Of a stretch of DNA of 64,000 bases, positions 36,801-51,800 are shown one piece after another. A model generated the notes under the pieces. The model was not told the DNA's origin, made no database searches, and saw nothing but the letters and a program-made list of their open reading frames with translations. Source of the DNA: Nemertoderma westbladi (Eukaryota > Animalia > Xenacoelomorpha); NCBI GenBank assembly GCA_032718475.1, contig JAUCBJ010009154.1:62001-126000 (forward strand), read 5' to 3'. The position numbers and the translations under genes were made by a program. The first letter of the stretch is position 1; every line of letters starts with the position of its first letter.

Positions 36801-39800
36801 CGATCTTCCTCCTTTCCTTCTCTATAAATGAGTCCGCCATATTAACTTATCCTTTCGATCTTCCTCCTTTCCTTCTCTATAAATGAGTCCGCCATATTAA
36901 CTTATCCTTTCGATCTTCCTCCTTTCGTTCTCTATAAATGAGTCCGCCATATTAACTTATCCTTTCGATCTTCCTCCTTTCCTTCTCTATAAATGAGTCC
37001 GCCATATTAACTTATCCTTTCTTTGCTATAAATGAGTCCGCCATATTAACTTATCCTTTCGATCTTCCTCCTTTCCTTCTCTATAAATGAGTCCGACATA
37101 TTAACTTATCCTTTCGATCTTCCTCCTTTCGTTCTCTATAAATGAGTCCGCCATATTAACTTATCCTTTCGATCTTCCTCCTTTCGTTCTCTATAAATGA
37201 GTCCGCCATATTAACTTATCCTTTCTTTGCTATAAATGAGTCCGCCATATTAACTTATCCTTTCGATCTTCCTCCTTTCCTTCTCTATAAATGAGTCCGC
37301 CATATTAACTTATCCTTTCGATCTTCCTCCTTTCGTTCTCTATAAATGAGTCCGCCATATTAACTTATCCTTTCGATCTTCCTCCTTTCGTTCTCTATAA
37401 ATGAGTCCGCCATATTAACTTATCCTTTCGATCTTCCTCCTTTCCTTCTCTATAAATGAGTCCGCCATATTAACTTATCCTTTCGATCTTCCTCCTTTCG
37501 TTCTCTATAAATGAGTCCGCCATATTAACTTATCCTTTCGATCTTCCTCCTTTCCTTCTCTATAAATGAGTCCGCCATATTAACTTATCCTTTCGATCTT
37601 CCTCCTTTCCTTCTCTATAAATGAGTCCGACATATTAACTTATCCTTTCGATCTTCCTCCTTTCGTTCTCTATAAATGAGTCCGCCATATTAACTTATCC
37701 TTTCGATCTTCCTCCTTTCGTTCTCTATAAATGAGTCCGCCATATTAACTTATCCTTTCTTTGCTATAAATGAGTCCGCCATATTAACTTATACTTTCGA
37801 TCTTCCTCCTTTCGTTCTCTATAAATGAGTCCGCCATATTAACTTATCCTTTCGATCTTCCTCCTTTCGTTCTCTATAAATGAGTCCGCCATATTAACTT
37901 ATCCTTTCGATCTTCCTCCTTTCGTTCTCTATAAATGAGTCCGCCATATTAACTTATCCTTTCGATCTTCCTCCTTTCGTTCTCTATAAATGAGTCCGCC
38001 ATATTAACTTATCCTTTCGATCTTCCTCCTTTCGTTCTCTATAAATGAGTCCGCCATATTAACTTATCCTTTCGATCTTCCTCCTTTCGTTCTCTATAAA
38101 TGAGTCCGCCGTATTAATTCCTCCTTTCGTTCTCTATAAATGAGTCCGCCATATTAATTCCTCCTTTCGTTCTCTATAAATGAGTCCGCCATATTAACTT
38201 ATCCTTTCGATCTTCCTCCTTTCCTTCTCTATAAATGAGTCCGACATATTAACTTATCCTTTCGATCTTCCTCCTTTCGTTCTCTATAAATGAGTCCGCC
38301 ATATTAACTTATCCTTTCGATCTTCCTCCTTTCGTTCTCTATAAATGAGTCCGCCATATTAATTCCTCCTTTCCTTCTCTATAAATGAGTCCGCCATATT
38401 AACTTATCCTTTCTTTGCTATAAATGAGTCCGACATATTAACTTATCCTTTCGATCTTCCTCCTTTCCTTCTCTATAAATGAGTCCGCCATATTAACTTA
38501 TCCTTTCGATCTTCCTCCTTTCCTTCTCTATAAATGAGTCCGCCATATTAACTTATCCTTTCGATCTTCCTCCTTTCCTTCTCTATAAATGAGTCCGCCA
38601 TATTAACTTATCCTTTCTTTGCTATAAATGAGTCCGCCATATTAACTTATCCTTTCTTTGCTATAAATGAGTCCGCCATATTAACTTATCCTTTCGATCT
38701 TCCTCCTTTCGTTCTCTATAAATGAGTCCGCCATATTAACTTATCCTTTCGATCTTCCTCCTTTCGTTCTCTATAAATGAGTCCGCCATATTAACTTATC
38801 CTTTCGATCTTCCTCCTTTCCTTCTCTATAAATGAGTCCGCCATATTAACTTATCCTTTCGATCTTCCTCCTTTCCTTCTCTATAAATGAGTCCGCCATA
38901 TTAACTTATCCTTTCGATCTTCCTCCTTTCCTTCTCTATAAATGAGTCCGCCATATTAACTTATCCTTTCGATCTTCCTCCTTTCCTTCTCTATAAATGA
39001 GTCCGCCATATTAACTTATCCTTTCTTTGCTATAAATGAGTCCGCCATATTAACTTATCCTTTCTTTGCTATAAATGAGTCCGCCATATTAACTTATCCT
39101 TTCGATCTTCCTCCTTTCGTTCTCTATAAATGAGTCCGCCATATTAACTTATCCTTTCGATCTTCCTCCTTTCGTTCTCTATAAATGAGTCCGCCATATT
39201 AACTTATCCTTTCGATCTTCCTCCTTTCGTTCTCTATAAATGAGTCCGCCATATTAACTTATCCTTTCGATCTTCCTCCTTTCCTTCTCTATAAATGAGT
39301 CCGCCATATTAACTTATCCTTTCGATCTTCCTCCTTTCCTTCTCTATAAATGAGTCCGCCATATTAACTTATCCTTTCGATCTTCCTCCTTTCCTTCTCT
39401 ATAAATGAGTCCGCCATATTAACTTATCCTTTCGATCTTCCTCCTTTCCTTCTCTATAAATGAGTCCGCCATATTAACTTATCCTTTCTTTGCTATAAAT
39501 GAGTCCGCCATATTAACTTATCCTTTCTTTGCTATAAATGAGTCCGCCATATTAACTTATCCTTTCGATCTTCCTCCTTTCCTTCTCTATAAATGAGTCC
39601 GCCATATTAACTTATCCTTTCGATCTTCCTCCTTTCGTTCTCTATAAATGAGTCCGCCATATTAACTTATCCTTTCGATCTTCCTCCTTTCCTTCTCTAT
39701 AAATGAGTCCGCCATATTAACTTATCCTTTCTTTGCTATAAATGAGTCCGCCATATTAACTTATCCTTTCTTTGCTATAAATGAGTCCGCCATATTAACT

Positions 39801-42800
39801 TATCCTTTCGATCTTCCTCCTTTCGTTCTCTATAAATGAGTCCGCCATATTAACTTATCCTTTCGATCTTCCTCCTTTCGTTCTCTATAAATGAGTCCGC
39901 CATATTAACTTATCCTTTCGATCTTCCTCCTTTCCTTCTCTATAAATGAGTCCGCCATATTAACTTATCCTTTCGATCTTCCTCCTTTCGTTCTCTATAA
40001 ATGAGTCCGCCATATTAACTTATCCTTTCGATCTTCCTCCTTTCGTTCTCTATAAATGAGTCCGCCATATTAACTTATCCTTTCGTTCTCTATAAATGAG
40101 TCCGCCATATTAACTTATCCTTTCTTTGCTATAAATGAGTCCGACATATTAACTTATCCTTTCGATCTTCCTCCTTTCGTTCTCTATAAATGAGTCCGCC
40201 ATATTAACTTATCCTTTCGATCTTCCTCCTTTCGTTCTCTATAAATGAGTCCGCCATATTAACTTATCCTTTCGATCTTCCTCCTTTCGTTCTCTATAAA
40301 TGAGTCCGCCATATTAACTTATCCTTTCGTTCTCTATAAATGAGTCCGCCATATTAACTTATCCTTTCGATCTTCCTCCTTTCGTTCTCTATAAATGAGT
40401 CCGCCATATTAACTTATCCTTTCTTTGCTATAAATGAGTCCGCCATATTAACTTATCCTTTCTTTGCTATAAATGAGTCCGCCATATTAACTTATCCTTT
40501 CGATCTTCCTCCTTTCGTTCTCTATAAATGAGTCCGCCATATTAACTTATCCTTTCTTTGCTATAAATGAGTCCGCCATATTAACTTATCCTTTCGATCT
40601 TCCTCCTTTCGTTCTCTATAAATGAGTCCGCCATATTAACTTATCCTTTCTTTGCTATAAATGAGTCCGCCATATTAACTTATCCTTTCTTTGCTATAAA
40701 TGAGTCCGCCATATTAACTTATCCTTTCTTTGCTATAAATGAGTCCGTCATATTAACTTATCCTTTCGATCTTCCTCCTTTCCTTCTCTATAAATGAGTC
40801 CGCCATATTAACTTATCCTTTCTTTGCTATAAATGAGTCCGCCATATTAACTTATCCTTTCGATCTTCCTCCTTTCGTTCTCTATAAATGAGTCCGCCAT
40901 ATTAACTTATCCTTTCGATCTTCCTCCTTTCGTTCTCTATAAATGAGTCCGCCATATTAACTTATCCTTTCTTTGCTATAAATGAGTCCGCCATATTAAC
41001 TTATCCTTTCTTTGCTATAAATGAGTCCGCCATATTAACTTATCCTTTCGATCTTCCTCCTTTCGTTCTCTATAAATGAGTCCGCCATATTAACTTATCC
41101 TTTCTTTGCTATAAATGAGTCCGCCATATTAACTTATCCTTTCGATCTTCCTCCTTTCGTTCTCTATAAATGAGTCCGCCATATTAACTTATCCTTTCTT
41201 TGCTATAAATGAGTCCGCCATATTAACTTATCCTTTCGATCTTCCTCCTTTCGTTCTCTATAAATGAGTCCGCCATATTAACTTATCATTTCTTTGCTAT
41301 AAATGAGTCCGCCATATTAACTTATCCTTTCTTTGCTATAAATGAGTCCGCCATATTAACTTATCCTTTCGATCTTCCTCCTTTCGTTCTCTATAAATGA
41401 GTCCGCCATATTAACTTATCATTTCTTTGCTATAAATGAGTCCGCCATATTAACTTATCCTTTCTTTGCTATAAATGAGTCCGCCATATTAACTTATCCT
41501 TTCGATCTTCCTCCTTTCGTTCTCTATAAATGAGTCCGCCATATTAACTTATCATTTCTTTGCTATAAATGAGTCCGCCATATTAACTTATCCTTTCTTT
41601 GCTATAAATGAGTCCGCCATATTAACTTATCCTTTCTTTGCTATAAATGAGTCCGTCATATTAACTTATCCTTTCGATCTTCCTCCTTTCCTTCTCTATA
41701 AATGAGTCCGCCATATTAACTTATCCTTTCGATCTTCCTCCTTTCGTTCTCTATAAATGAGTCCGCCATATTAACTTATCCTTTCTTTGCTATAAATGAG
41801 TCCGCCATATTAACTTATCCTTTCTTTGCTATAAATGAGTCCGCCATATTAACTTATCCTTTCTTTGCTATAAATGAGTCCGCCATATTAACTTATCCTT
41901 TCTTTGCTATAAATGAGTCCGCCATATTAATTCCTCCTTTCGTTCTCTATAAATGAGTCCGCCATATTAACTTATCCTTTCGATCTTCCTCCTTTCCTTC
42001 TCTATAAATGAGTCCGCCATATTAACTTATCCTTTCGATCTTCCTCCTTTCGTTCTCTATAAATGAGTCCGCCATATTAACTTATCCTTTCGATCTTCCT
42101 CCTTTCGTTCTCTATAAATGAGTCCGCCATATTAACTTATCCTTTCGATCTTCCTCCTTTCGTTCTCTATAAATGAGTCCGCCATATTAACTTATCCTTT
42201 CGATCTTCCTCCTTTCCTTCTCTATAAATGAGTCCGCCATATTAACTTATCCTTTCTTTGCTATAAATGAGTCCGCCATATTAACTTATCCTTTCTTTGC
42301 TATAAATGAGTCCGCCATATTAACTTATCCTTTCTTTGCTATAAATGAGTCCGTCATATTAACTTATCCTTTCGATCTTCCTCCTTTCCTTCTCTATAAA
42401 TGAGTCCGCCATATTAACTTATCCTTTCTTTGCTATAAATGAGTCCGTCATATTAACTTATCCTTTCGATCTTCCTCCTTTCCTTCTCTATAAATGAGTC
42501 CGCCATATTAACTTATCCTTTCGATCTTCCTCCTTTCGTTCTCTATAAATGAGTCCGCCATATTAACTTATCCTTTCGATCTTCCTCCTTTCGTTCTCTA
42601 TAAATGAGTCCGCCATATTAACTTATCCTTTCGTTCTCTATAAATGAGTCCGCCATATTAACTTATCCTTTCGTTCTCTATAAATGAGTCCGCCATATTA
42701 ACTTATCCTTTCGATCTTCCTCCTTTCCTTCTCTATAAATGAGTCCGCCATATTAACTTATCCTTTCGATCTTCCTCCTTTCGTTCTCTATAAATGAGTC

Positions 42801-45800
42801 CGCCATATTAACTTATCCTTTCGATCTTCCTCCTTTCGTTCTCTATAAATGAGTCCGCCATATTAACTTATCCTTTCGATCTTCCTCCTTTCCTTCTCTA
42901 TAAATGAGTCCGCCATATTAACTTATCCTTTCGTTCTCTATAAATGAGTCCGCCATATTAACTTATCCTTTCGATCTTCCTCCTTTCGTTCTCTATAAAT
43001 GAGTCCGCCATATTAACTTATCCTTTCTTTGCTATAAATGAGTCCGCCATATTAACTTATCCTTTCTTTGCTATAAATGAGTCCGCCATATTAACTTATC
43101 CTTTCGTTCTCTATAAATGAGTCCGCCATATTAACTTATCCTTTCTTTGCTATAAATGAGTCCGCCATATTAACTTATCCTTTCGATCTTCCTCCTTTCC
43201 TTCTCTATAAATGAGTCCGCCATATTAACTTATCCTTTCTTTGCTATAAATGAGTCCGCCATATTAACTTATCCTTTCTTTGCTATAAATGAGTCCGCCA
43301 TATTAACTTATCCTTTCTTTGCTATAAATGAGTCCGTCATATTAACTTATCCTTTCGATCTTCCTCCTTTCCTTCTCTATAAATGAGTCCGCCATATTAA
43401 CTTATCCTTTCTTTGCTATAAATGAGTCCGCCATATTAACTTATCCTTTCGATCTTCCTCCTTTCCTTCTCTATAAATGAGTCCGCCATATTAACTTATC
43501 CTTTCTTTGCTATAAATGAGTCCGCCATATTAACTTATCCTTTCTTTGCTATAAATGAGTCCGCCATATTAACTTATCCTTTCGATCTTCCTCCTTTCGT
43601 TCTCTATAAATGAGTCCGCCATATTAACTTATCCTTTCGATCTTCCTCCTTTCGTTCTCTATAAATGAGTCCGCCATATTAACTTATCCTTTCGATCTTC
43701 CTCCTTTCGTTCTCTATAAATGAGTCCGCCATATTAACTTATCCTTTCTTTGCTATAAATGAGTCCGCCATATTAACTTATCCTTTCTTTGCTATAAATG
43801 AGTCCGCCATATTAACTTATCCTTTCTTTGCTATAAATGAGTCCGTCATATTAACTTATCCTTTCGATCTTCCTCCTTTCCTTCTCTATAAATGAGTCCG
43901 CCATATTAACTTATCCTTTCTTTGCTATAAATGAGTCCGCCATATTAACTTATCCTTTCGATCTTCCTCCTTTCCTTCTCTATAAATGAGTCCGCCATAT
44001 TAACTTATCCTTTCTTTACTATAAATGAGTCCGCCATATTAACTTATCCTTTCTTTGCTATAAATGAGTCCGCCATATTAACTTATCCTTTCTTTGCTAT
44101 AAATGAGTCCGTCATATTAACTTATCCTTTCGATCTTCCTCCTTTCCTTCTCTATAAATGAGTCCGCCATATTAACTTATCCTTTCTTTGCTATAAATGA
44201 GTCCGCCATATTAACTTATCCTTTCGATCTTCCTCCTTTCCTTCTCTATAAATGAGTCCGCCATATTAACTTATCCTTTCTTTGCTATAAATGAGTCCGC
44301 CATATTAACTTATCCTTTCTTTGCTATAAATGAGTCCGCCATATTAACTTATCCTTTCGATCTTCCTCCTTTCGTTCTCTATAAATGAGTCCGCCATATT
44401 AACTTATCCTTTCGATCTTCCTCCTTTCGTTCTCTATAAATGAGTCCGCCATATTAACTTATCCTTTCGATCTTCCTCCTTTCGTTCTCTATAAATGAGT
44501 CCGCCATATTAACTTATCCTTTCGATCTTCCTCCTTTCGTTCTCTATAAATGAGTCCGCCATATTAACTTATACTTTCGATCTTCCTCCTTTCCTTCTCT
44601 ATAAATGAGTCCGCCATATTAACTTATCCTTTCGATCTTCCTCCTTTCGTTCTCTATAAATGAGTCCGCCATATTAACTTATCCTTTCGATCTTCCTCCT
44701 TTCGTTCTCTATAAATGAGTCCGCCATATTAACTTATCCTTTCGATCTTCCTCCTTTCGTTCTCTATAAATGAGTCCGCCATATTAACTTATCCTTTCGA
44801 TCTTCCTCCTTTCGTTCTCTATAAATGAGTCCGCCATATTAACTTCCTCCTTTCGTTCTATAAATGAGTCCGCCATATTAACTTATCCTTTCTTTGCTAT
44901 AAATGAGTCCGCCATATTAACTTATCCTTTCGATCTTCCTCCTTTCGTTCTCTATAAATGAGTCCGCCATATTAACTTATCCTTTCGATCTTCCTCCTTT
45001 CGTTCTCTATAAATGAGTCCGCCATATTAACTTCCTCCTTTCGTTCTATAAATGAGTCCGCCATATTAACTTATCCTTTCTTTGCTATAAATGAGTCCGC
45101 CATATTAACTTATCCTTTCGATCTTCCTCCTTTCCTTCTCTATAAATGAGTCCGCCATATTAACTTATCCTTTCTTTGCTATAAATGAGTCCGCCATATT
45201 AACTTATCCTTTCTTTGCTATAAATGAGTCCGCCATATTAACTTATACTTTCGATCTTCCTCCTTTCGTTCTCTATAAATGAGTCCGCCATATTAACTTA
45301 TCCTTTCGATCTTCCTCCTTTCGTTCTCTATAAATGAGTCCGCCATATTAACTTATCCTTTCTTTGCTATAAATGAGTCCGCCATATTAACTTATACTTT
45401 CGATCTTCCTCCTTTCGTTCTCTATAAATGAGTCCGCCATATTAACTTATCCTTTCGATCTTCCTCCTTTCGTTCTCTATAAATGAGTCCGCCATATTAA
45501 CTTATCCTTTCTTTGCTATAAATGAGTCCGCCATATTAACTTATCCTTTCGATCTTCCTCCTTTCGTTCTCTATAAATGAGTCCGCCATATTAACTTCCT
45601 CCTTTCGTTCTATAAATGAGTCCGCCATATTAACTTATCCTTTCTTTGCTATAAATGAGTCCGCCATATTAACTTATCCTTTCGATCTTCCTCCTTTCGT
45701 TCTCTATAAATGAGTCCGCCATATTAACTTATCCTTTCGATCTTCCTCCTTTCGTTCTCTATAAATGAGTCCGCCATATTAACTTCCTCCTTTCGTTCTA

Positions 45801-48800
45801 TAAATGAGTCCGCCATATTAACTTATCCTTTCTTTGCTATAAATGAGTCCGCCATATTAACTTATCCTTTCGATCTTCCTCCTTTCCTTCTCTATAAATG
45901 AGTCCGCCATATTAACTTATCCTTTCTTTGCTATAAATGAGTCCGCCATATTAACTTATCCTTTCTTTGCTATAAATGAGTCCGCCATATTAACTTATAC
46001 TTTCGATCTTCCTCCTTTCGTTCTCTATAAATGAGTCCGCCATATTAACTTATCCTTTCGATCTTCCTCCTTTCGTTCTCTATAAATGAGTCCGCCATAT
46101 TAACTTATCCTTTCTTTGCTATAAATGAGTCCGCCATATTAACTTATACTTTCGATCTTCCTCCTTTCGTTCTCTATAAATGAGTCCGCCATATTAACTT
46201 ATCCTTTCGATCTTCCTCCTTTCGTTCTCTATAAATGAGTCCGCCATATTAACTTATCCTTTCTTTGCTATAAATGAGTCCGCCATATTAACTTATACTT
46301 TCGATCTTCCTCCTTTCGTTCTCTATAAATGAGTCCGCCATATTAACTTATCCTTTCGATCTTCCTCCTTTCGTTCTCTATAAATGAGTCCGCCATATTA
46401 ACTTATCCTTTCTTTGCTATAAATGAGTCCGCCATATTAACTTATCCTTTCGATCTTCCTCCTTTCGTTCTCTATAAATGAGTCCGCCATATTAACTTAT
46501 CCTTTCTTTGCTATAAATGAGTCCGCCATATTAACTTATACTTTCGATCTTCCTCCTTTCGTTCTCTATAAATGAGTCCGCCATATTAACTTATCCTTTC
46601 GATCTTCCTCCTTTCGTTCTCTATAAATGAGTCCGCCATATTAACTTATCCTTTCGATCTTCCTCCTTTCGTTCTCTATAAATGAGTCCGCCATATTAAC
46701 TTATACTTTCGATCTTCCTCCTTTCGTTCTCTATAAATGAGTCCGCCATATTAACTTATACTTTCGATCTTCCTCCTTTCGTTCTCTATAAATGAGTCCG
46801 CCATATTAACTTATCCTTTCTTTGCTATAAATGAGTCCGCCATATTAACTTATACTTTCGATCTTCCTCCTTTCGTTCTCTATAAATGAGTCCGCCATAT
46901 TAACTTATCCTTTCTTTGCTATAAATGAGTCCGCCATATTAACTTATACTTTCGATCTTCCTCCTTTCGTTCTCTATAAATGAGTCCGCCATATTAACTT
47001 ATCCTTTCTTTGCTATAAATGAGTCCGCCATATTAACTTATCCTTTCGATCTTCCTCCTTTCGTTCTCTATAAATGAGTCCGCCATATTAACTTATCCTT
47101 TCTTTGCTATAAATGAGTCCGCCATATTAACTTATCCTTTCGATCTTCCTCCTTTCGTTCTCTATAAATGAGTCCGCCATATTAACTTATCCTTTCTTTG
47201 CTATAAATGAGTCCGCCATATTAACTTATCCTTTCTTTGCTATAAATGAGTCCGCCATATTAACTTATCCTTTCGATCTTCCTCCTTTCGTTCTCTATAA
47301 ATGAGTCCGCCATATTAACTTATCCTTTCGATCTTCCTCCTTTCGTTCTCTATAAATGAGTCCGCCATATTAACTTATCCTTTCTTTGCTATAAATGAGT
47401 CCGCCATATTAACTTATCCTTTCGATCTTCCTCCTTTCGTTCTCTATAAATGAGTCCGCCATATTAACTTATCCTTTCTTTGCTATAAATGAGTCCGCCA
47501 TATTAACTTATACTTTCGATCTTCCTCCTTTCGTTCTCTATAAATGAGTCCGCCATATTAACTTATCCTTTCGATCTTCCTCCTTTCGTTCTCTATAAAT
47601 GAGTCCGCCATATTAACTTATCCTTTCTTTGCTATAAATGAGTCCGCCATATTAACTTATACTTTCGATCTTCCTCCTTTCGTTCTCTATAAATGAGTCC
47701 GCCATATTAACTTATCCTTTCGATCTTCCTCCTTTCGTTCTCTATAAATGAGTCCGCCATATTAACTTATCCTTTCGATCTTCCTCCTTTCGTTCTCTAT
47801 AAATGAGTCCGCCATATTAACTTATCCTTTCGATCTTCCTCCTTTCGTTCTCTATAAATGAGTCCGCCATATTAACTTATCCTTTCGATCTTCCTCCTTT
47901 CCTTCTCTATAAATGAGTCCGCCATATTAACTTATCATTTCTTTGCTATAAATGAGTCCGCCATATTAACTTATCATTTCTTTGCTATAAATGAGTCCGC
48001 CATATTAACTTATCCTTTCTTTGCTATAAATGAGTCCGCCATATTAACTTATCCTTTCCTTCTCTATAAATGAGTCCGCCATATTAACTTATCCTTTCGA
48101 TCTTCCTCCTTTCCTTCTCTATAAATGAGTCCGCCATATTAACTTATCCTTTCGTTCTCTATAAATGAGTCCGCCATATTAACTTATCCTTTCTTTGCTA
48201 TAAATGAGTCCGCCATATTAACTTATCCTTTCGTTCTCTATAAATGAGTCCGCCATATTAACTTATCCTTTCTTTGCTATAAATGAGTCCGCCATATTAA
48301 CTTATCCTTTCGTTCTCTATAAATGAGTCCGCCATATTAACTTATCCTTTCTTTGATATAAATGAGTCCGCCATATTAACTTATCCTTTCGATCTTCCTC
48401 CTTTCGTTCTCTATAAATGAGTCCGCCATATTAACTTATCCTTTCGATCTTCCTCCTTTCGTTCTCTATAAATGAGTCCGCCATATTAACTTATCCTTTC
48501 TTTGCTATAAATGAGTCCGCCATATTAACTTATCCTTTCGATCTTCCTCCTTTCGTTCTCTATAAATGAGTCCGCCATATTAACTTATCCTTTCTTTACT
48601 ATAAATGAGTCCGCCATATTAACTTATCCTTTCGATCTTCCTCCTTTCGTTCTCTATAAATGAGTCCGCCATATTAACTTATCCTTTCGATCTTCCTCCT
48701 TTCGTTCTCTATAAATGAGTCCGCCATATTAACTTATCCTTTCGATCTTCCTCCTTTCGTTCTCTATAAATGAGTCCGCCATATTAACTTATCCTTTCGA

Positions 48801-51800
48801 TCTTCCTCCTTTCCTTCTCTATAAATGAGTCCGCCATATTAACTTATCATTTCTTTGCTATAAGTGAGTCCGCCATATTAACTTATCATTTCTTTGCTAT
48901 AAATGAGTCCGCCATATTAACTTATCCTTTCTTTGCTATAAATGAGTCCGCCATATTAACTTATCCTTTCCTTCTCTATAAATGAGTCCGCCATATTAAC
49001 TTATCCTTTCCTTCTCTATAAATGAGTCCGCCATATTAACTTATCCTTTCTTTGCTATAAATGAGTCCGCCATATTAACTTATCCTTTCCTTCTCTATAA
49101 ATGAGTCCGCCATATTAACTTATCCTTTCCTTCTCTATAAATGAGTCCGCCATATTAACTTATCCTTTCGATCTTCCTCCTTTCCTTCTCTATAAATGAG
49201 TCCGCCATATTAACTTATCCTTTCGATCTTCCTCCTTTCGTTCTCTATAAATGAGTCCGCCATATTAACTTATCCTTTCGTTCTCTATAAATGAGTCCGC
49301 CATATTAACTTATCCTTTCTTTGCTATAAATGAGTCCGCCATATTAACTTATCCTTTCGTTCTCTATAAATGAGTCCGCCATATTAACTTATCCTTTCTT
49401 TGCTATAAATGAGTCCGCCATATTAACTTATCCTTTCGTTCTCTATAAATGAGTCCGCCATATTAACTTATCCTTTCTTTGATATAAATGAGTCCGCCAT
49501 ATTAACTTATCCTTTCGATCTTCCTCCTTTCGTTCTCTATAAATGAGTCCGCCATATTAACTTATCCTTTCGATCTTCCTCCTTTCGTTCTCTATAAATG
49601 AGTCCGCCATATTAACTTATCCTTTCGATCTTCCTCCTTTCGTTCTCTATAAATGAGTCCGCCATATTAACTTATCCTTTCTTTGCTATAAATGAGTCCG
49701 CCATATTAACTTATCCTTTCGATCTTCCTCCTTTCGTTCTCTATAAATGAGTCCGCCATATTAACTTATCCTTTCTTTGCTATAAATGAGTCCGCCATAT
49801 TAACTTATCCTTTCGATCTTCCTCCTTTCGTTCTCTATAAATGAGTCCGCCATATTAACTTATACTTTCTTTGCTATAAATGAGTCCGCCATATTAACTT
49901 ATCCTTTCGATCTTCCTCCTTTCGTTCTCTATAAATGAGTCCGCCATATTAACTTATCCTTTCTTTGCTATAAATGAGTCCGCCATATTAACTTATCCTT
50001 TCGATCTTCCTCCTTTCGTTCTCTATAAATGAGTCCGCCATATTAACTTATACTTTCTTTGCTATAAATGAGTCCGCCATATTAACTTATCCTTTCGATC
50101 TTCCTCCTTTCGTTCTCTATAAATGAGTCTGCCATATTAACTTATCCTTTCTTTGCTATAAATGAGTCCGCCATATTAACTTATCCTTTCGATCTTCCTC
50201 CTTTCGTTCTCTATAAATGAGTCCGCCATATTAACTTATCCTTTCGATCTTCCTCCTTTCGTTCTCTATAAATGAGTCCGCCATATTAACTTATCCTTTC
50301 TTTGCTATAAATGAGTCCGCCATATTAACTTATCCTTTCGATCTTCCTCCTTTCGTTCTCTATAAATGAGTCCGCCATATTAACTTATCCTTTCTTTGCT
50401 ATAAATGAGTCCGCCATATTAACTTATCCTTTCGATCTTCCTCCTTTCGTTCTCTATAAATGAGTCCGCCATATTAACTTATCCTTTCTTTGCTATAAAT
50501 GAGTCCGCCATATTAACTTATCCTTTCGATCTTCCTCCTTTCGTTCTCTATAAATGAGTCCGCCATATTAACTTATCCTTTCTTTGCTATAAATGAGTCC
50601 GCCATATTAACTTATCCTTTCGATCTTCCTCCTTTCGTTCTCTATAAATGAGTCCGCCATATTAACTTATCCTTTCTTTGCTATAAATGAGTCCGCCATA
50701 TTAACTTATCCTTTCTTTGCTATAAATGAGTCCGCCATATTAACTTATCCTTTCGTTCTCTATAAATGAGTCCGCCATATTAACTTATCCTTTCTTTGCT
50801 ATAAATGAGTCCGCCATATTAACTTATACTTTCGATCTTCCTCCTTTCGTTCTCTATAAATGAGTCCGCCATATTAACTTATCCTTTCTTTGCTATAAAT
50901 GAGTCCGCCATATTAACTTATCCTTTCTTTGCTATAAATGAGTCCGCCATATTAACTTATCCTTTCTTTGCTATAAATGAGTCCGCCATATTAACTTATC
51001 CTTTCGATCTTCCTCCTTTCGTTCTCTATAAATGAGTCCGGCATATTAACTTATCCTTTCTTTGCTATAAATGAGTCCGCCATATTAACTTATACTTTCG
51101 ATCTTCCTCCTTTCGTTCTCTATAAATGAGTCCGCCATATTAACTTATCCTTTCGATCTTCCTCCTTTCCTTCTCTATAAATGAGTCCGCCATATTAACT
51201 TATCCTTTCGTTCTCTATAAATGAGTCCGCCATATTAACTTATCCTTTCGATCTTCCTCCTTTCGTTCTCTATAAATGAGTCCGCCATATTAACTTATCC
51301 TTTCGATCTTCCTCCTTTCCTTCTCTATAAATGAGTCCGCCATATTAACTTATCCTTTCGTTCTCTATAAATGAGTCCGCCATATTAACTTATCCTTTCG
51401 ATCTTCCTCCTTTCGTTCTCTATAAATGAGTCCGCCATATTAACTTATCCTTTCGATCTTCCTCCTTTCGTTCTCTATAAATGAGTCCGCCATATTAACT
51501 TATCCTTTCGATCTTCCTCCTTTCGTTCTCTATAAATGAGTCCGCCATATTAACTTATCCTTTCGATCTTCCTCCTTTCCTTCTCTATAAATGAGTCCGC
51601 CATATTAACTTATCCTTTCGATCTTCCTCCTTTCGTTCTCTATAAATGAGTCCGCCATATTAACTTATCCTTTCTTTGCTATAAATGAGTCCGCCATATT
51701 AACTTATCCTTTCGATCTTCCTCCTTTCGTTCTCTATAAATGAGTCCGCCATATTAACTTATCCTTTCGATCTTCCTCCTTTCGTTCTCTATAAATGAGT

